A DNA stretch of 64,000 bases from Eledone cirrhosa. Lineage: Eukaryota. Position 1 is the first letter of the stretch. Each line of letters starts with the position of its first letter. Below, piece by piece: positions 14,700 through 29,646 of this stretch. A program made the translations under genes and the position numbers. The DNA lies in contig OZ024754.1 of the NCBI GenBank assembly GCA_964016885.1, forward strand, positions 29,450,001 to 29,514,000, read 5' to 3'. The notes beneath the pieces are model-generated. The model ran no database searches, had not been told where the DNA came from, and saw only the letters and a list, made by a program, of their open reading frames with translations.

Positions 14700-15247
14700 A
14701 TGTTTTTACTTTTTGCACAAGGCCAGCAATTAAACCAGTGCATAACTGGTACTTTATTCTATCGACCCCGGAAGGATGAAAGGCAAAGTTAACATCGGCG
14801 GGATTTGATTTCAGAACGTAAAGAGCCATAATTCCATGCTGCAAAGCATGGCCTCCGACGCTCTACCAATACTAATGAGAACATTAATAGTAATATTCTA
14901 GGATTCGGGCTCGTGCATAAATATGCGCTGACAGGTGTGGATATATGTGTAAACAAAGATATAGTGTATAAAAAATTATGCACACATGTATACACATATA
15001 CACATGAAATTGTGTGCATGTACACATATATCCGCACGTGTGTTTGCATGTGCGCGTAAGTATGCATACATACGCAGACAAGAGGGTCGGACGCCATGCT
15101 TTCCAGCATAGTTACGTCCCTTTACGATCTGAGTTCAAATCCCGCCGAGGTTGACTTTGCCTTTCATCCTTACGGGGTCGATAAAATAAAGTACCAGTAA
15201 TGCACTGGGTAATTGCTGGCCTTGTGCCTAACGTAGAAACAATTATT
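14700..15247. mobile_element. two OK-like SINEs (14700-14870 minus; 15082-15247 plus)
   Basis: Match to the family consensus. Confidence 0.85.
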
Positions 15248-15254
15248 CAATTAT

Positions 15255-15302
<48 letters not shown>

Positions 15303-15916
15303 GTGTGTGTGTGTGTGTGTGTATGTATATGTGTGCGTGTGTGTGTGTGTGTAAAGTCTATGACTCTCTATATCACACTACGCTTTTTAGAACATATTCA
15401 CTGTACTACATAGAAATATTTGTCTGAATATCTGAATACATATAAATACTTTCTGAATGTCTTTTGAATATTCATATAAGATTATCAAATAATAATAATA
15501 ATAATAATGACTTCTGAAACAGAGATGTCTCCTGACTTGATTGCCTCAAATATTTTATTTATTTGTACTGTTTTATTTTTAATATTCCTTATTGTGTATT
15601 TTCTATTTTGTTACTATTTTTTACTACACCGATGTATGTGAAGTATAGAATTGTATTACTTATATGCTTTCCCAGTTTCTTGGATTGAATTTACATTTAA
15701 TCCATATTGAATTTGCATTTCCTCTGAATGTAATCTTTTCTTATTTTATCTTTTACTATTTTCAGTCGTCATATTGCGGTCATGCTGAAACACTCACTTG
15801 AAGGGATTTAGTCGATCATATTCACCTCGGCGATTTTTTTTATTTTTCAAAAACGGTATTTATTTCATAGATTTTATTTTGGAACCCTAAGATTACGACG
15901 CACACAGCTGCGCATA

Positions 15917-15919
<3 letters not shown>

Positions 15920-15998
<79 letters not shown>

Positions 15999-16050
15999 TA
16001 CATACATACATACATACATACATACATACATACATACATACATACATACA
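15920..16050. repeat. (CA)n then (CATA)n microsatellite
   Basis: Read directly from the sequence. Confidence 0.95.
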
Positions 16051-16599
16051 TGGTGTCTGCCAACTCGTTTTCGAGTACGGCCACTACTTTATATCCATGT
16101 AGGAGAACCCCTACCGATACGCTGAACGTGTGTGACTTTTTAGTCCAGCCAGCGACTTGAAAACTTTGGTACAAACACTACACTTGTGACAATTATTGTA
16201 ACATAGTGCTGGGCCCATGGTACCATGTGACGACAAGTGCAGAGAGATCTCCAGATATAAAACAATGCCTGTGTCGTGAAGCTTTTATAGCGAGCAAAGC
16301 CAGTCCCACTCTCTTAACCAAGATGATATTTACCAAAAAGAAGAACAAGTCAACATCATTGGATACCATCAGGGTTGGAGGTGTTATATCAGAGTTTTCC
16401 TTCTCCTAGAATTCATACATACATGCATACATACATACATACATACATACATACATACATACAAAGGCGTAAAAAGAATTCCAGAGATAGAATTACCTTG
16501 AATAGATTTATTCGTCCCTATATTTCGCATTTCACATCCATCATTGGGGGTAGGGGGGGGGGGGGGGGGGGAGTCCGAAGGTAAATATATATGCCAGGA

Positions 16600-17966
16600 A
16601 GAGAAACTATATGGCCGTTTGTAGCTACCACCCGTGTCCGACTCACATGCACCTCTTTTTTATCTTCTTCTATCTGTGGACTTGGTCTTTGTGTTACTTC
16701 TAATCCCGATGAAGAACCAACGTTCGATACGTCGAACTTTCCTTTTTCCTTTTCCTTTCAAGTGTGAAACTAATAAAGCTATTGATATTATATATCTATA
16801 AGCATCGAGAGTAGAAAGAACGCAACGATAAGGTTCACAGATAGAAGAAAATAAGAAAAGAGGGGGCATCTGAGCGTGTGTATTGTATTTATTTCTACAT
16901 TGTGTGTGTTTGTGTTGTTGGAGTGGCACATATATTGTTCGTGATGTTTAGTATATATGTCTCGATGTATTGATATCGTATGTGTGTGGTTTCTCTGTGT
17001 ATATCAAATAGAAATTAATTATATGAGACAAAACACAACTCGAAAAGGTGAAATAACGAGAGAGAAATTATATAACGACCATAGTAACGTCATAGTAACG
17101 CAGCAATATACGACACTGAGTGAGAATGTGTGTGTGTGTGTGTATATGTGCAGGTGTTTGTGTATGTGAGTATGTATGTGTTTCTACGTGTGTGTTTATG
17201 AGTAAGTGTATTAAGTAAAGGACTGATAAGTGTAACAAATTTGGTACAATGCGATAGAAATATATAAAGTGATTTTTGAAACTTACCAGCCATTTATTAC
17301 ATATCTCACAATAGTTTGTGTTAACTAATGATGTATATGGAATATACCTATGTGTGTGTGTGAGAGAGAGAGAGTGTGTGAGTATTTCCGTGTGGTGTCG
17401 CAATGGTGCATCTGTGTCAGTGTGCACGTGTATGGGACGACGTGCACGTGAGGTGAGGTGGGGAGTGCTGGTTAAAGGAAGAGGGGGTGGAGCATTCAGG
17501 TCATAATGAATAGAGCTTCATATAACTTACTTCTACAGTTTCCGCCTATCAAAAAATGCACTCACCACTCACGGATAAACCAGGACGCTGCAATAGTAGA
17601 CATTTCTAATGTGTGTGGCGGGACGGTTCCTGGAGCAGCATGGCTGTAAAACAGACATCATATCCACAATATCCACACACTCACACATAACTATCTCCAT
17701 TTTTCCTTTCCTTAAAATGCTGTTCTATGGTTGAGACGAAATGTATTTTTCTCTCTTTCTTCTATTTTGGCATAAAAAGGAATATAATCATTGTATTAGA
17801 ATGTTACTGGAAACGATGTGTTACGAATTAATTACCAGACTTTATTTCTCAGGTGGTGACACAAAATAATCCATCGACTAAATCCTCTTAAGGATAAATG
17901 CATTGTTGCCACTAATTACTGAAAACATTTGGAGTTCATAATTGCATAGATGTGTGCATTTACTTG

Positions 17967-18015
<49 letters not shown>

Positions 18016-18316
18016 TATATATATATATATATATGCATATATATATATATATATGCATATATATATGCATATATATATATATATATGCATATATATATGC
18101 ATATATATATATATATATATATGCATATATATATATATGCATATATATATATATATGCATATATATATATATGCATATATAAATATGCATATATATATGT
18201 ATATATATATATCCATACATTCCGCACACACATATATATATGTATGTATATGTATGTATAACTATATATATGCATATATATATATATACATACATTATAT
18301 ATATGTGTATATATAC

Positions 18317-18356
<40 letters not shown>

Positions 18357-18376
18357 AATTATATATATATATATAC

Positions 18377-18445
<69 letters not shown>

Positions 18446-19816
18446 CAAGTAAATGCACACATCTATGCAATTATGAACTCCAAATGTTTTCAGTAATTAG
18501 TGGCAACAATGCATTTATCCTTAAGAGGATTTAGTCGATGGATTATTTTGTGTCACCACCTGAGAAATAAAGTCTGGTAATTAATTCGTAACACATCGTT
18601 TCCAGTAACATTCTAATACAATGATTATATTCCTTTTTATGCCAAAATAGAAGAAAGAGAGAAAAATACATTTCGTCTCAACCATAGAACAGCATTTTAA
18701 GGAAAGGAAAAATGGAGATAGTTATGTGTGAGTGTGTGGATATTGTGGATATGATGTCTGTTTTACAGCCATGCTGCTCCAGGAACCGTCCCGCCACAGG
18801 GCAACATTAGAAATGTCTACTATTGCAGCGTCCTGGTTTATCCGTGAGTGGTGAGTGCATTTTTGATAGGCGGAAACTGTAGAAGTAAGTTATATGAAGC
18901 TCTATTCATTATGACCTGAATGCTCCACCCCTCTTCCTTTAACCAGCACTCCCCACCTCACCTCACGTGCACGTCGTCCCATACACGTGCACACTGACAC
19001 AGATGCACCATTGCGACACCACACGGAAATACTCACACACACTCTCTCTCTCACACACACACACATAGGTATATTCCATATACATCATTAGTTAACACAA
19101 ACTATTGTGAGATATGTAATAAATGGCTGGTAAGTTTCAAAAATCACTTTATATATTTCTATCGCATTGTACCAAATTTTTTACACTTATCAGTCCTTCA
19201 TTTAATACACTTACTCATAAACACACACGTAGAAACACATACATATTCACATACACAAACACCTGCACATATACACACGCACACACACATTCTCACCCAG
19301 TGTCGTATATTGTTGCGTTACTATGACGTTACTATGGTCGTTATATAATTTCTCTCTCGTTATTTCACCTTTTCGAGTTGTGTTTTGTCTCATATAATTA
19401 ATTTCTATTTGATATACACAGAGAAACCACACACATACGATATCAATACATCGAGACATATATACTAAACATCACGAACAATATATGTGCCACTCCAACA
19501 ACACATACACACACAATGTAGAAATAAATACAATACACACGCTCAGATGCCCCCTCTTTTCTTATTTTCTTCTATCTGTGAACCTTGTCGTTGCGTTCTT
19601 TCTACTCTCGATGCTTATAGATATACAATATCAATAGCTTTATTAGTTTCACACTTGAAAGGAAAAGGAAAAAGGAAAGTTCGACGTATCGAACGTTGGT
19701 TCTTCATCGGGATTAGAAGGAACACAAAGACCAAGTCCAAAGATAGAAGAAGATAAAAAAGAGGTGCATGTGAGTCGGACACGGGTGGTAGCTATAAACG
19801 GCCATATAGTTTCTCT
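16600..19816. repeat. large inverted duplication, ~1.37 kb arms, with a (TA)n-rich spacer
   Basis: 16600-17971 is the reverse complement of 18441-19816 with scattered substitutions; mirrored ORFs appear in the track (16660/19487, 16957/19247). Confidence 0.95.
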
Positions 19817-21085
19817 GCATATTTGGGCTTGATTGACGGCCACCCAACACTTTTTCGACTGAGGAACTGCTTCGCCATGCCGAAGGTCGTCTACTTCTCC
19901 CGTCGCTGACCTCGATACTTGTATCCGAGCAGCAGCCGATGAGATATGCAACGTCAAGTTTGACGACATAGGGTGGCAACAGGCCACTTTACCTGTCAAG
20001 TATGGCGGCTTTGGCCTCCGGTCCCCGATCTCACTAGCTTTGCCGGCGTATCTTTCGTCGGTAACCTCGTGCCGCGTCATCGTCAGCAGGGTTCTTCAAA
20101 ACACAACAGAAACCTCTGGGTTCAGAGAACGTGAGGCCGCCTGTGAGACGTGGTACCGGCTGGGACTTAGCCCAGTAGACGTCCCTCCTCTTTTTCTCTC
20201 TGTTGACATCAAGTCCCCCAACGCACTTGGGATGCCATTCTGTGCAGCCTGGCCTCAGATAGGCTCACGCGCCAGCTCGACCAGCACCGCCTTACTTGCT
20301 TTCGTGCGGCCTCCAAACCCCATAGTGGTGCCCGGCTCCATGCCTTGCCCTCCTTCTCCACTGGCACGCAGCTAGACAACCATAGCCTGCGCATCGGCGT
20401 TTCCTTGATGCTGGGCCTCCGGATCTGCCAGCAATTTCGCTGCGGTTCCACCGTGGACTTTTTCGGCCTCCACCCGCTTTCTTGTCGCCACAGTGCCGAG
20501 CGCATTTCACGCCATACTCAACGAGGTCATTAAGCATGGCTTGGACGCTGCAGGCTTCCCTTCCCAGCTCGAGCCTGTGGGGCTGGATCGAGGGGACGGC
20601 AAAAGACCAGATGCCATGATGGTAAACCCCCCGTTCCGCGGTGGCAAACCCCTCGTCTGGGATGCGACTTGCCCCGACACTTTCTGCAGCCGCAACCTCG
20701 TCCAGGCTGCGACTGACCAAGGTTCTGCTGCACGTCGGGCTGAGGGGGCCAAACTCCTGAAATATCGGTCGCTCTACGACAGGTTTGCGGTCGTATCCCT
20801 GGCAGTGGAGACTTCTGGTGTCCTCGGCCCCAGGGCTCCCTCCTTACTCACCACCATAAGCGCTGAGCTGGCCAGCCGTAGGTGTGAGCCCCGCGAGTTG
20901 GAGTGGCTTTTCCAGCGCGTCTCCCTTGCCGTCCTCCGGGGAAACGCCTTCTCCATTCTGTCCGCCGGGGCTGTGAGTGGGCCCCATCGGGTACCGTTGT
21001 AGTTGTTGTATACAGATATTAACTCATCAATCCTTTTTAATGATTATTATTGATGAGCCTATTTTATAATTAGTTGTGGTTAAAT
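19817..21085 (+). pseudogene. CRE-clade non-LTR retrotransposon 3' fragment (RT thumb, CCHC finger, restriction-like endonuclease)
   Basis: QATLPVKYGGFGLR; C..CG....G.H.LSC......RH; LEPVGLDRGDGKRPD..LVWDATCPDT..AVETSG.LG..LFQRVSLAVLRGNA. Frameshifted, GC-rich, ends at a short (TA)n. Confidence 0.85.
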
Positions 21086-21094
21086 ATATATATG

Positions 21095-21303
21095 TAGGGT
21101 GTTTGAAAAACATTGATATCATTTGAGATGTAAATATCCAGAAACTACCAAGTCTGGGACAACAAGATGGACAGGCTTAATGTTGGGCAAGGTAAGAGTT
21201 ATTGTTCAAAACTTGTCAACATTATAACACTAATTCACGATATATATTTTAATATGACAACCTTGGGAACGGGCCATGATATCAATGTTTTTAAAACACC
21301 CTG
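21095..21303. mobile_element. Tc1/mariner-type MITE
   Basis: TIRs agggtgtttgaaaaacattgatatcat / atgatatcaatgtttttaaaacaccct. Confidence 0.7.
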
Positions 21304-21315
21304 TGTATATATATA

Positions 21316-21470
<155 letters not shown>

Positions 21471-21484
21471 TAGATAGATATAGA

Positions 21485-21560
<76 letters not shown>

Positions 21561-21567
<7 letters not shown>

Positions 21568-22019
21568 ATAGAGGTGTAACACACAAGTTATTATATATTG
21601 GTAAACGGAATAGAAAATGCTGACAAATTGTTCACAGTTGAAAAATGGTTTAATTAGGAATAAAAGAGTATTAGTGATTGTATGGGTTAGTATTCAGTTG
21701 TGGTTTTAAGTTTTTAAGTTTTTACCGGTTGCGCATTTCTAAATGCTTTTCAAAAATAATTTTGAGATAGAGTGTCCGTGCTGTTTGCTCTGATCAGAGC
21801 AAACAGCACGGACACTCTATCTCAAAATTATTTTTGAAAAGCATTTAGAAATGCGCAACCGGTAAAAACTTAAAAACTTAAAACCACAACTGAATACTAA
21901 CCCATACAATCACTAATACTCTTTTATTCCTAATTAAACCATTTTTCAACTGTGAACAATTTGTCAGCATTTTCTATTCCGTTTACCAATATATAATAAC
22001 TTGTGTGTTACACCTCTAT

Positions 22020-22026
<7 letters not shown>
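21561..22026. repeat. perfect 466 bp palindrome embedded in (TA)n
   Basis: Centre tga|tca at 21793/21794; 233 bp arms, no spacer. Confidence 0.95.
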
Positions 22027-22101
<75 letters not shown>

Positions 22102-22140
22102 ATATATATATGTATGTATATATATATATGTATGTATATG

Positions 22141-22502
<362 letters not shown>

Positions 22503-22641
22503 GATTTAAACAAGATTCAATGAGTATATCAAAGAATGAGTTTTACAATAGATTGGAAGCACTCTACGTAAAATAATTTTCCACACTTATTAATATTAAA
22601 ATACAAATATTAATAAAATAGATGTTCTTTTGATCAATTAC

Positions 22642-22694
22642 ATTTTATTATACATATTTCGGAGGTACAACAGTACATCCTCATCAGACAAAAT
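22642..22694 (-). ncRNA. minimal type I hammerhead ribozyme
   Basis: ATTTTGT-CTGATGA-GGA.GTAC/GTAC.TCC-GAA-A-TATGTA-TA-ATAAAAT, inside the (TA)n-flanked segment 22497-22748. Confidence 0.75.
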
Positions 22695-22743
22695 ATAATG
22701 ATACATGACATACCCTGAGATGTTAAATGGTTAAGATTTAATC

Positions 22744-22809
<66 letters not shown>

Positions 22810-22926
22810 TATTAAACTTAAGCCAAAATCACGTTTTATGTGGGATTTCAGCTAGACCGACTAAAATAAATTATTTGGTGACACTGTATGGGTAAAACTT
22901 ATTTCATTCGGTCTTGATTATATCCA

Positions 22927-23007
<81 letters not shown>

Positions 23008-23404
23008 AAACATTGTGCGGATGCAATTATGAGTGCATCTTTCCAATAATCCTGAAGGCCATTAAAGGTAGGAATTGATTAGGGAAACTAAAGGTGAAAA
23101 TACTAATCCAACCTCTCTCTCTTTACGAAAGCTTATCTTCATCATTTGTAAATTGGTTATTATATAAAGTTTATACGAGACAGTAAATAATAAAATTCTA
23201 GAAATTATAGTATTTATCCTGCGGCCAGTATCGAGGTAATGAAATGAATTCAAGTATAAATTGAAAACAAGTCTAGAATATAATATTTAAATATCTTTCA
23301 CTCCATTCATTCAATACTCTAACAATGAAATATTAGCTGTTCTTGCAAGGAATCTATTTCTAAAGGTTGATTGAACCAAGCATCGTATATATATATATAT
23401 ATAT

Positions 23405-23961
23405 ATATCATAAAACATGTCTATAGAATCACCAGATAAAATATATACCATACCCTCTCGCAATTAGCATAATTAACCATATAAAAAATCGATTAGACCA
23501 AGCTATAAGAATAAAGGCTTCTATGAAGAAATCTACGACAAATAACCGGAAGCAGCCCTTCGCGCCGGTTGCGACGGAGCATTTATCGAGTATTTCGACA
23601 GCGTGTATGAATCGCTTAGATATACAGTCTATTAAACAGAATTAGGTGTAAAATAAACTAGGAAAAAAGTGAACATATTTAGTAACCTCTACCATGGTTT
23701 CGTCCGTATTTTAAGATATCCGATAGCATCGGACACCTAGAGCACCGGACTCTTCAGGAAGTTACCTCAAATGTAGACAATAAATTTTCCAAAGTGATCG
23801 CGCCAAGAATACATTCAAAAATGGCTAAGAATCGTGACGTAGCAGCGTCAGGTTAGAAAGAATGTGATTAGTTGCTTACTGCTGGTGGCTTTTTGCTAGA
23901 AAGCGCAGTACAATACAGCCAAAATTGCATCTCAACCTAAGGGAGATTATTACATATAAAG

Positions 23962-24021
<60 letters not shown>

Positions 24022-24445
24022 GTGTGTGTGTGTCTTGCAACGGGTCACTTTGTGGCTCAATGAAGAGTTAATAAATTAAATAATCAGAGCTATATATCAT
24101 AAAACATGTCTATAGAATCACCAGATAAAATATATACCGTTTCCTCTCCCAATTACCATAATTAACCATATAAAAAATCGATTAGACCAAGCTATAAGAA
24201 TAAAGGCTTCTATGAAGAAATCTCCGACAAACAACCGAAATCAGCCCTTCGCGCCGGTTGCGACGGAATATTTATCGAGTATTTCGACAGCGTGTATGAA
24301 TCGCTCAGATATACAGTCTATTAAACAGAATTAGGTGTAAAATAAACTAGGAGAAAAGTGAACATATTTAGTGCCCTCTACCATGGTTTCGTCCGTATTT
24401 TAAGATATCCGATAGAATCGGACACCTAGAGCACCGGACTCTTCA
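23405..24445 (-). mobile_element. pair of ~350 bp direct repeats (offset 689 bp) carrying a hammerhead, TA-flanked
   Basis: 23405-23756 matches 24094-24445; the second copy is truncated inside the ribozyme core. Confidence 0.8.
23682..23765 (-). ncRNA. type I hammerhead ribozyme with extended stem II
   Basis: GTAACTTC-CTGAAGA-GTCCG...(GGTGTCCGAT/ATCGGATATC hairpin)...CGGAC-GAA-ACCATGGT-A-GAGGTTAC; 8 bp stem I, palindromic stem III. Confidence 0.85.
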
Positions 24446-24478
24446 TATAAAGATATATATATATACATATATATATGC

Positions 24479-24603
<125 letters not shown>

Positions 24604-24783
24604 TATATATATACACATACACATATGTATATATATATATATATATTTAGGTTTGTTGATTCACCACTAGATAGAATTGGGCGACTGACCGAGGTGAAAG
24701 CAGCTAGTTGGTCAGTCGCCCTATTTGTCTTTGATTTTCAGACTCATGGATTTTATCTGTTATGTTCCTTTGTTATATTTCTA

Positions 24784-24841
24784 ATACCTGATGATATCAC
24801 CGGATTCATACGGAACCCGGTCATTGAAATGAACATAGTAT
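24784..24841 (+). ncRNA. minimal type I hammerhead ribozyme
   Basis: ATAC-CTGATGA-[CCGG..CCGG]-GAA-ATGAACAT-A-GTAT, in the (TA)n-flanked segment 24648-24893. Confidence 0.7.
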
Positions 24842-24889
24842 AATAAACCTTTCAAGGATTTAGACCAGTCCAGCCTCCTGTTATTTTAT

Positions 24890-24947
<58 letters not shown>

Positions 24948-25599
24948 TTTATAGTTATGTATACACTATATACATATATAAACAGGAAAGGTCCGTAATT
25001 TATTACTACCTTATTACAAGTAAGAAAAAATAGCTCAATGTAAATACATATGTTTTACAGAACCGGAATATAAATTACACAATAATCAAAGCTATGTTCA
25101 AATCATTTTATTTCTGACAATCGTTTCTTCCAAACTATCGTTTGTAATCATCGGAGCAGTAGCAATGTTTGTACATATAATTAACCTCCTATTCAACTGA
25201 ACAGTCATATAGATACATGGATATTAATGTTGTCAACAGTTTCGTATTTGCAGAGTGGAATGGATGCGACATAGATTACAAGAGAATTGTACAATAATTA
25301 AAATTTAAAATTTAAAATTTAAAAGGCACAGAGTGGAATGCAACCGACAGAGATTATAAGGGAATAGTATAACAATTAAAGAGGCATTAAGGTAGAAAGT
25401 TACTGGTAAAACGAGGACACTATCAGTACCTATGCAAGCGTAAAGAGAGTGCAGATGCATTATTCATATACAGGAAGGAAACAAGCAATGATATTAGGCA
25501 TATAGAATTTTTTGCAAGGCAAAGGTATCACATAAAATAAGCATATCAGGCAAATGTGTTTTTATATTAAAAGTATGGGTTTATTAAGGTTTCTACCTG

Positions 25600-25873
25600 T
25601 ACGATTTTTAAGGTTCCTATCGTTGTACGTAAAAGGAGAGTAAGATTTTCTGGCCACTGCCATCGCGCCACCTATCAGCCTGTGTCCTCATTAGTGCTTT
25701 GGAAACCACAAGCAGTCACTAATAACAGAGGGTGCAAGCTCTCCTACCCCGATGTCATCTCCAGAGATTCTGGTATTAAAATCCAGGACTTGGCAACGGC
25801 AATGAACCACAGACCTACGTGGAGATCAATTTTTTAGTCCATTTCGGCTGAGACCGCCGGATGATGATGATGA
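25600..25873 (+). pseudogene. RTE-type LINE 3' end
   Basis: RFSGHCHRATYQPVSSLVLWKP...SYPDVISRDSG...LATAMNHRPTWR; (GAT)n tail. Confidence 0.7.
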
Positions 25874-25907
25874 TATATATATATATATATATATACATAT
25901 ATACATA

Positions 25908-26209
25908 CAGGGCGTCCCCCCAAAATGTATACACAACAACATCTTTAAAAAATGCATTAAAATTTATTCTGTTTTATATGCACTATTTAAATTATGTAAG
26001 TGCATAAAGTACCAGTAATGCACTGGGTAATTGCTGGCCTTGTGCCAAAAGTAGAAACAATTATTTAAATTATGTAAACATTTTGGGGTGTTTACACACA
26101 ATTGAATTATGTCTGTAGAACATTTTATTTTTGGGAAAGGTTGTGCATTATAATAAATAGTGCCTGTACAAGCAATCAAAGTGTGTATACATTTTTGTAG
26201 GACACCCTG
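25908..26209. mobile_element. Tc1-like MITE containing a SINE tail fragment
   Basis: TA-CAGGGCGTCC..aaaatgtatacac / gtgtatacatttt..GGACACCCTG-TA. Confidence 0.75.
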
Positions 26210-26889
26210 TATATATAATATAATCTGTTTCTAGAAACGTTGAAGTTATGTCTATTTCATTGAAATTATCTTAGGGTTAAATGCTTCAACGCCCATTGAT
26301 TTTTACTATGAAAATAGTCCAACAAATCGGGCAACCAAGCCCCCTGGGGACGGAAAATGAGAACAGCGTTTCTCGTAGGACACGAACTCACATCTACTTT
26401 ATACCGGAGGATCGTGCTTTGCAAGCGGTACCAAACGGAAAGTTCCCGTTATTTTAAATCTTAATAACTGTAAATGTCAATTGCTACAAATAATTGTTTC
26501 TCTTTTAGGCACAAGGCCAGCAATTACCCAGTGCATTACTGGTACTTTATTTTATCGACCCCGTAAAATAAAGTACCAGTAATGCACTGGGTAATTGCTA
26601 CAAATAATAGCCTTGAAAGACGAGTAAAAACTCGTAAAGACGGAAATAATCGGCAGCCGCTAAACGAATTGAACTTGGTACCTCTCAAGTTCCGGGATAT
26701 TTTAACAGTTGGAATTATTCATTACCAGATGTAAACACGTCTAACCACTCCAGACAATTTAAAATAAACTGTTAATATTATATAAATATTCACAACTTCC
26801 TCGTTATGTGTTTATTGCTCATTTCTTTCGTCTCACACACACACACACCCATACACATACATAGAAATACACACACATAGATACATATA

Positions 26890-28186
<1,297 letters not shown>

Positions 28187-28198
28187 ACCTTATCTTCC

Positions 28199-29609
28199 CA
28201 GGAAAGATTAATCATATTATAAGGTATCTATTTTTGAAGTTCTGGTCAACTTTATTTAGTTACCTACCTAGCTATGTGTGGTTACACACTTGTAAAAATT
28301 ATCTCCTGTGATTATTCAGGTTTATTTATATGTTAATCAATCTCTAGTTATTATAAAATGCTCGGACCTACTCGTTAGAATCTTAGAGCTTATTTTGCGG
28401 GTGATATGGCGCATGTCTTTCTGGCATGACACCCATAATTTTGATTTAGATTAAATTCATTTGATTTATCTTAATTTTGGATATAGATATATAAATACGG
28501 CTCCTTAATTGTAGAGCTAACTCTGTTGAAATGACTCGACTGCTGTTTCTAGTTGTCGATAACCCTTTTCACGCCACTGGGACGAAGCTAGTATGATGTG
28601 TGTATTTCTAGTAGATATAGCACGTGTTGCTGGCCAGTCGCTGATTTGAACTTGAAGTGTAAACACGGATCGCTGGAACTTCTTCCTTGTTGAAAATCCA
28701 AGTATCTGCTTCCGTGGTTTACCATTCGATTAATTGGTGAAATATATTTCTTTAATGGAATATATACAGGGAAGATTAATCATATTATATGGTATCTATT
28801 TTTGAAGTTCTGGTCAACTTTATTTAGTTACCTACCTAGCTATGTGTGGTTACACACTTGTAAAAATTATCTCCTGTGATTATTCATGTTTATTTATGTT
28901 AATCAATTTCTAGTTATTATAAAATGCTCGGACCTACTCGTTAGAATCTTAGAGCTTATTTTGCGGGTGATATGGCGCATGTCTTTCTGGCATGACACCC
29001 ATAATTTTGATTTAGATTAAATTCATTTGATTTATCTTAATTTTGGATATAGATATATAAATACGGCTCCTTAATTGTAGAGCTAACTCTGTTGAAATGA
29101 CTCGACTGCTGTTTCTAGTTGTCGATAACCCTTTTCACGCCACTGGGACGAAGCTAGTATGATGTGTGTATTTCTAGTAGATATAGCACGTGTTGCTGGC
29201 CAGTCGCTGATTTGAACTTGAAGTGTAAACACGGATCGCTGGAACTTCTTCCTTGTTGAAAATCCAAGTATCTGCTTCCGTGGTTTACCATTCGATTAAT
29301 TGGTGAAATATATTTCTTTAATGGAATATATACAGGGAAGATTAATCATATTATATGGTATCTATTTTTGAAGTTCTGGTCAACTTTATTTAGTTACCTA
29401 CCTAGCTATGTGTGGTTACACACTTGTAAAAATTATCTCCTGTGATTATTCATGTTTATTTATGTTAATCAATTTCTAGTTATTATAAAATGCTCGGACC
29501 TACTCGTTAGAATCTTAGAGCTTATTTTGCGGGTGATATGGCGCATGTCTTTCTGGCATGACACCATAATTTTGATTTAGATTAAATTCATTTGATTTAT
29601 CTTAATGTT

Positions 29610-29615
<6 letters not shown>
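28199..29615 (+). repeat. tandem array of ~567 bp units (2.5 copies) between (TA)n tracts
   Basis: Units start at about 28199, 28767 and 29333 and are near-identical; a diverged inverted homolog lies at 40957-41340. Confidence 0.9.

Positions 29616-29646
<31 letters not shown>

Noticed and set aside
16551-16571. Poly-G run as a G-quadruplex element
   Set aside because: A simple homopolymer with no supporting context.
26610-26645. TTGAAAG-ACGAG/CTCGT hairpin resembling a ribozyme
   Set aside because: There is no GAAA after the stem and no stem I.
28199-29615. CRISPR-like array
   Set aside because: The units are long, near-identical tandem copies without unique spacers, in a eukaryotic context.
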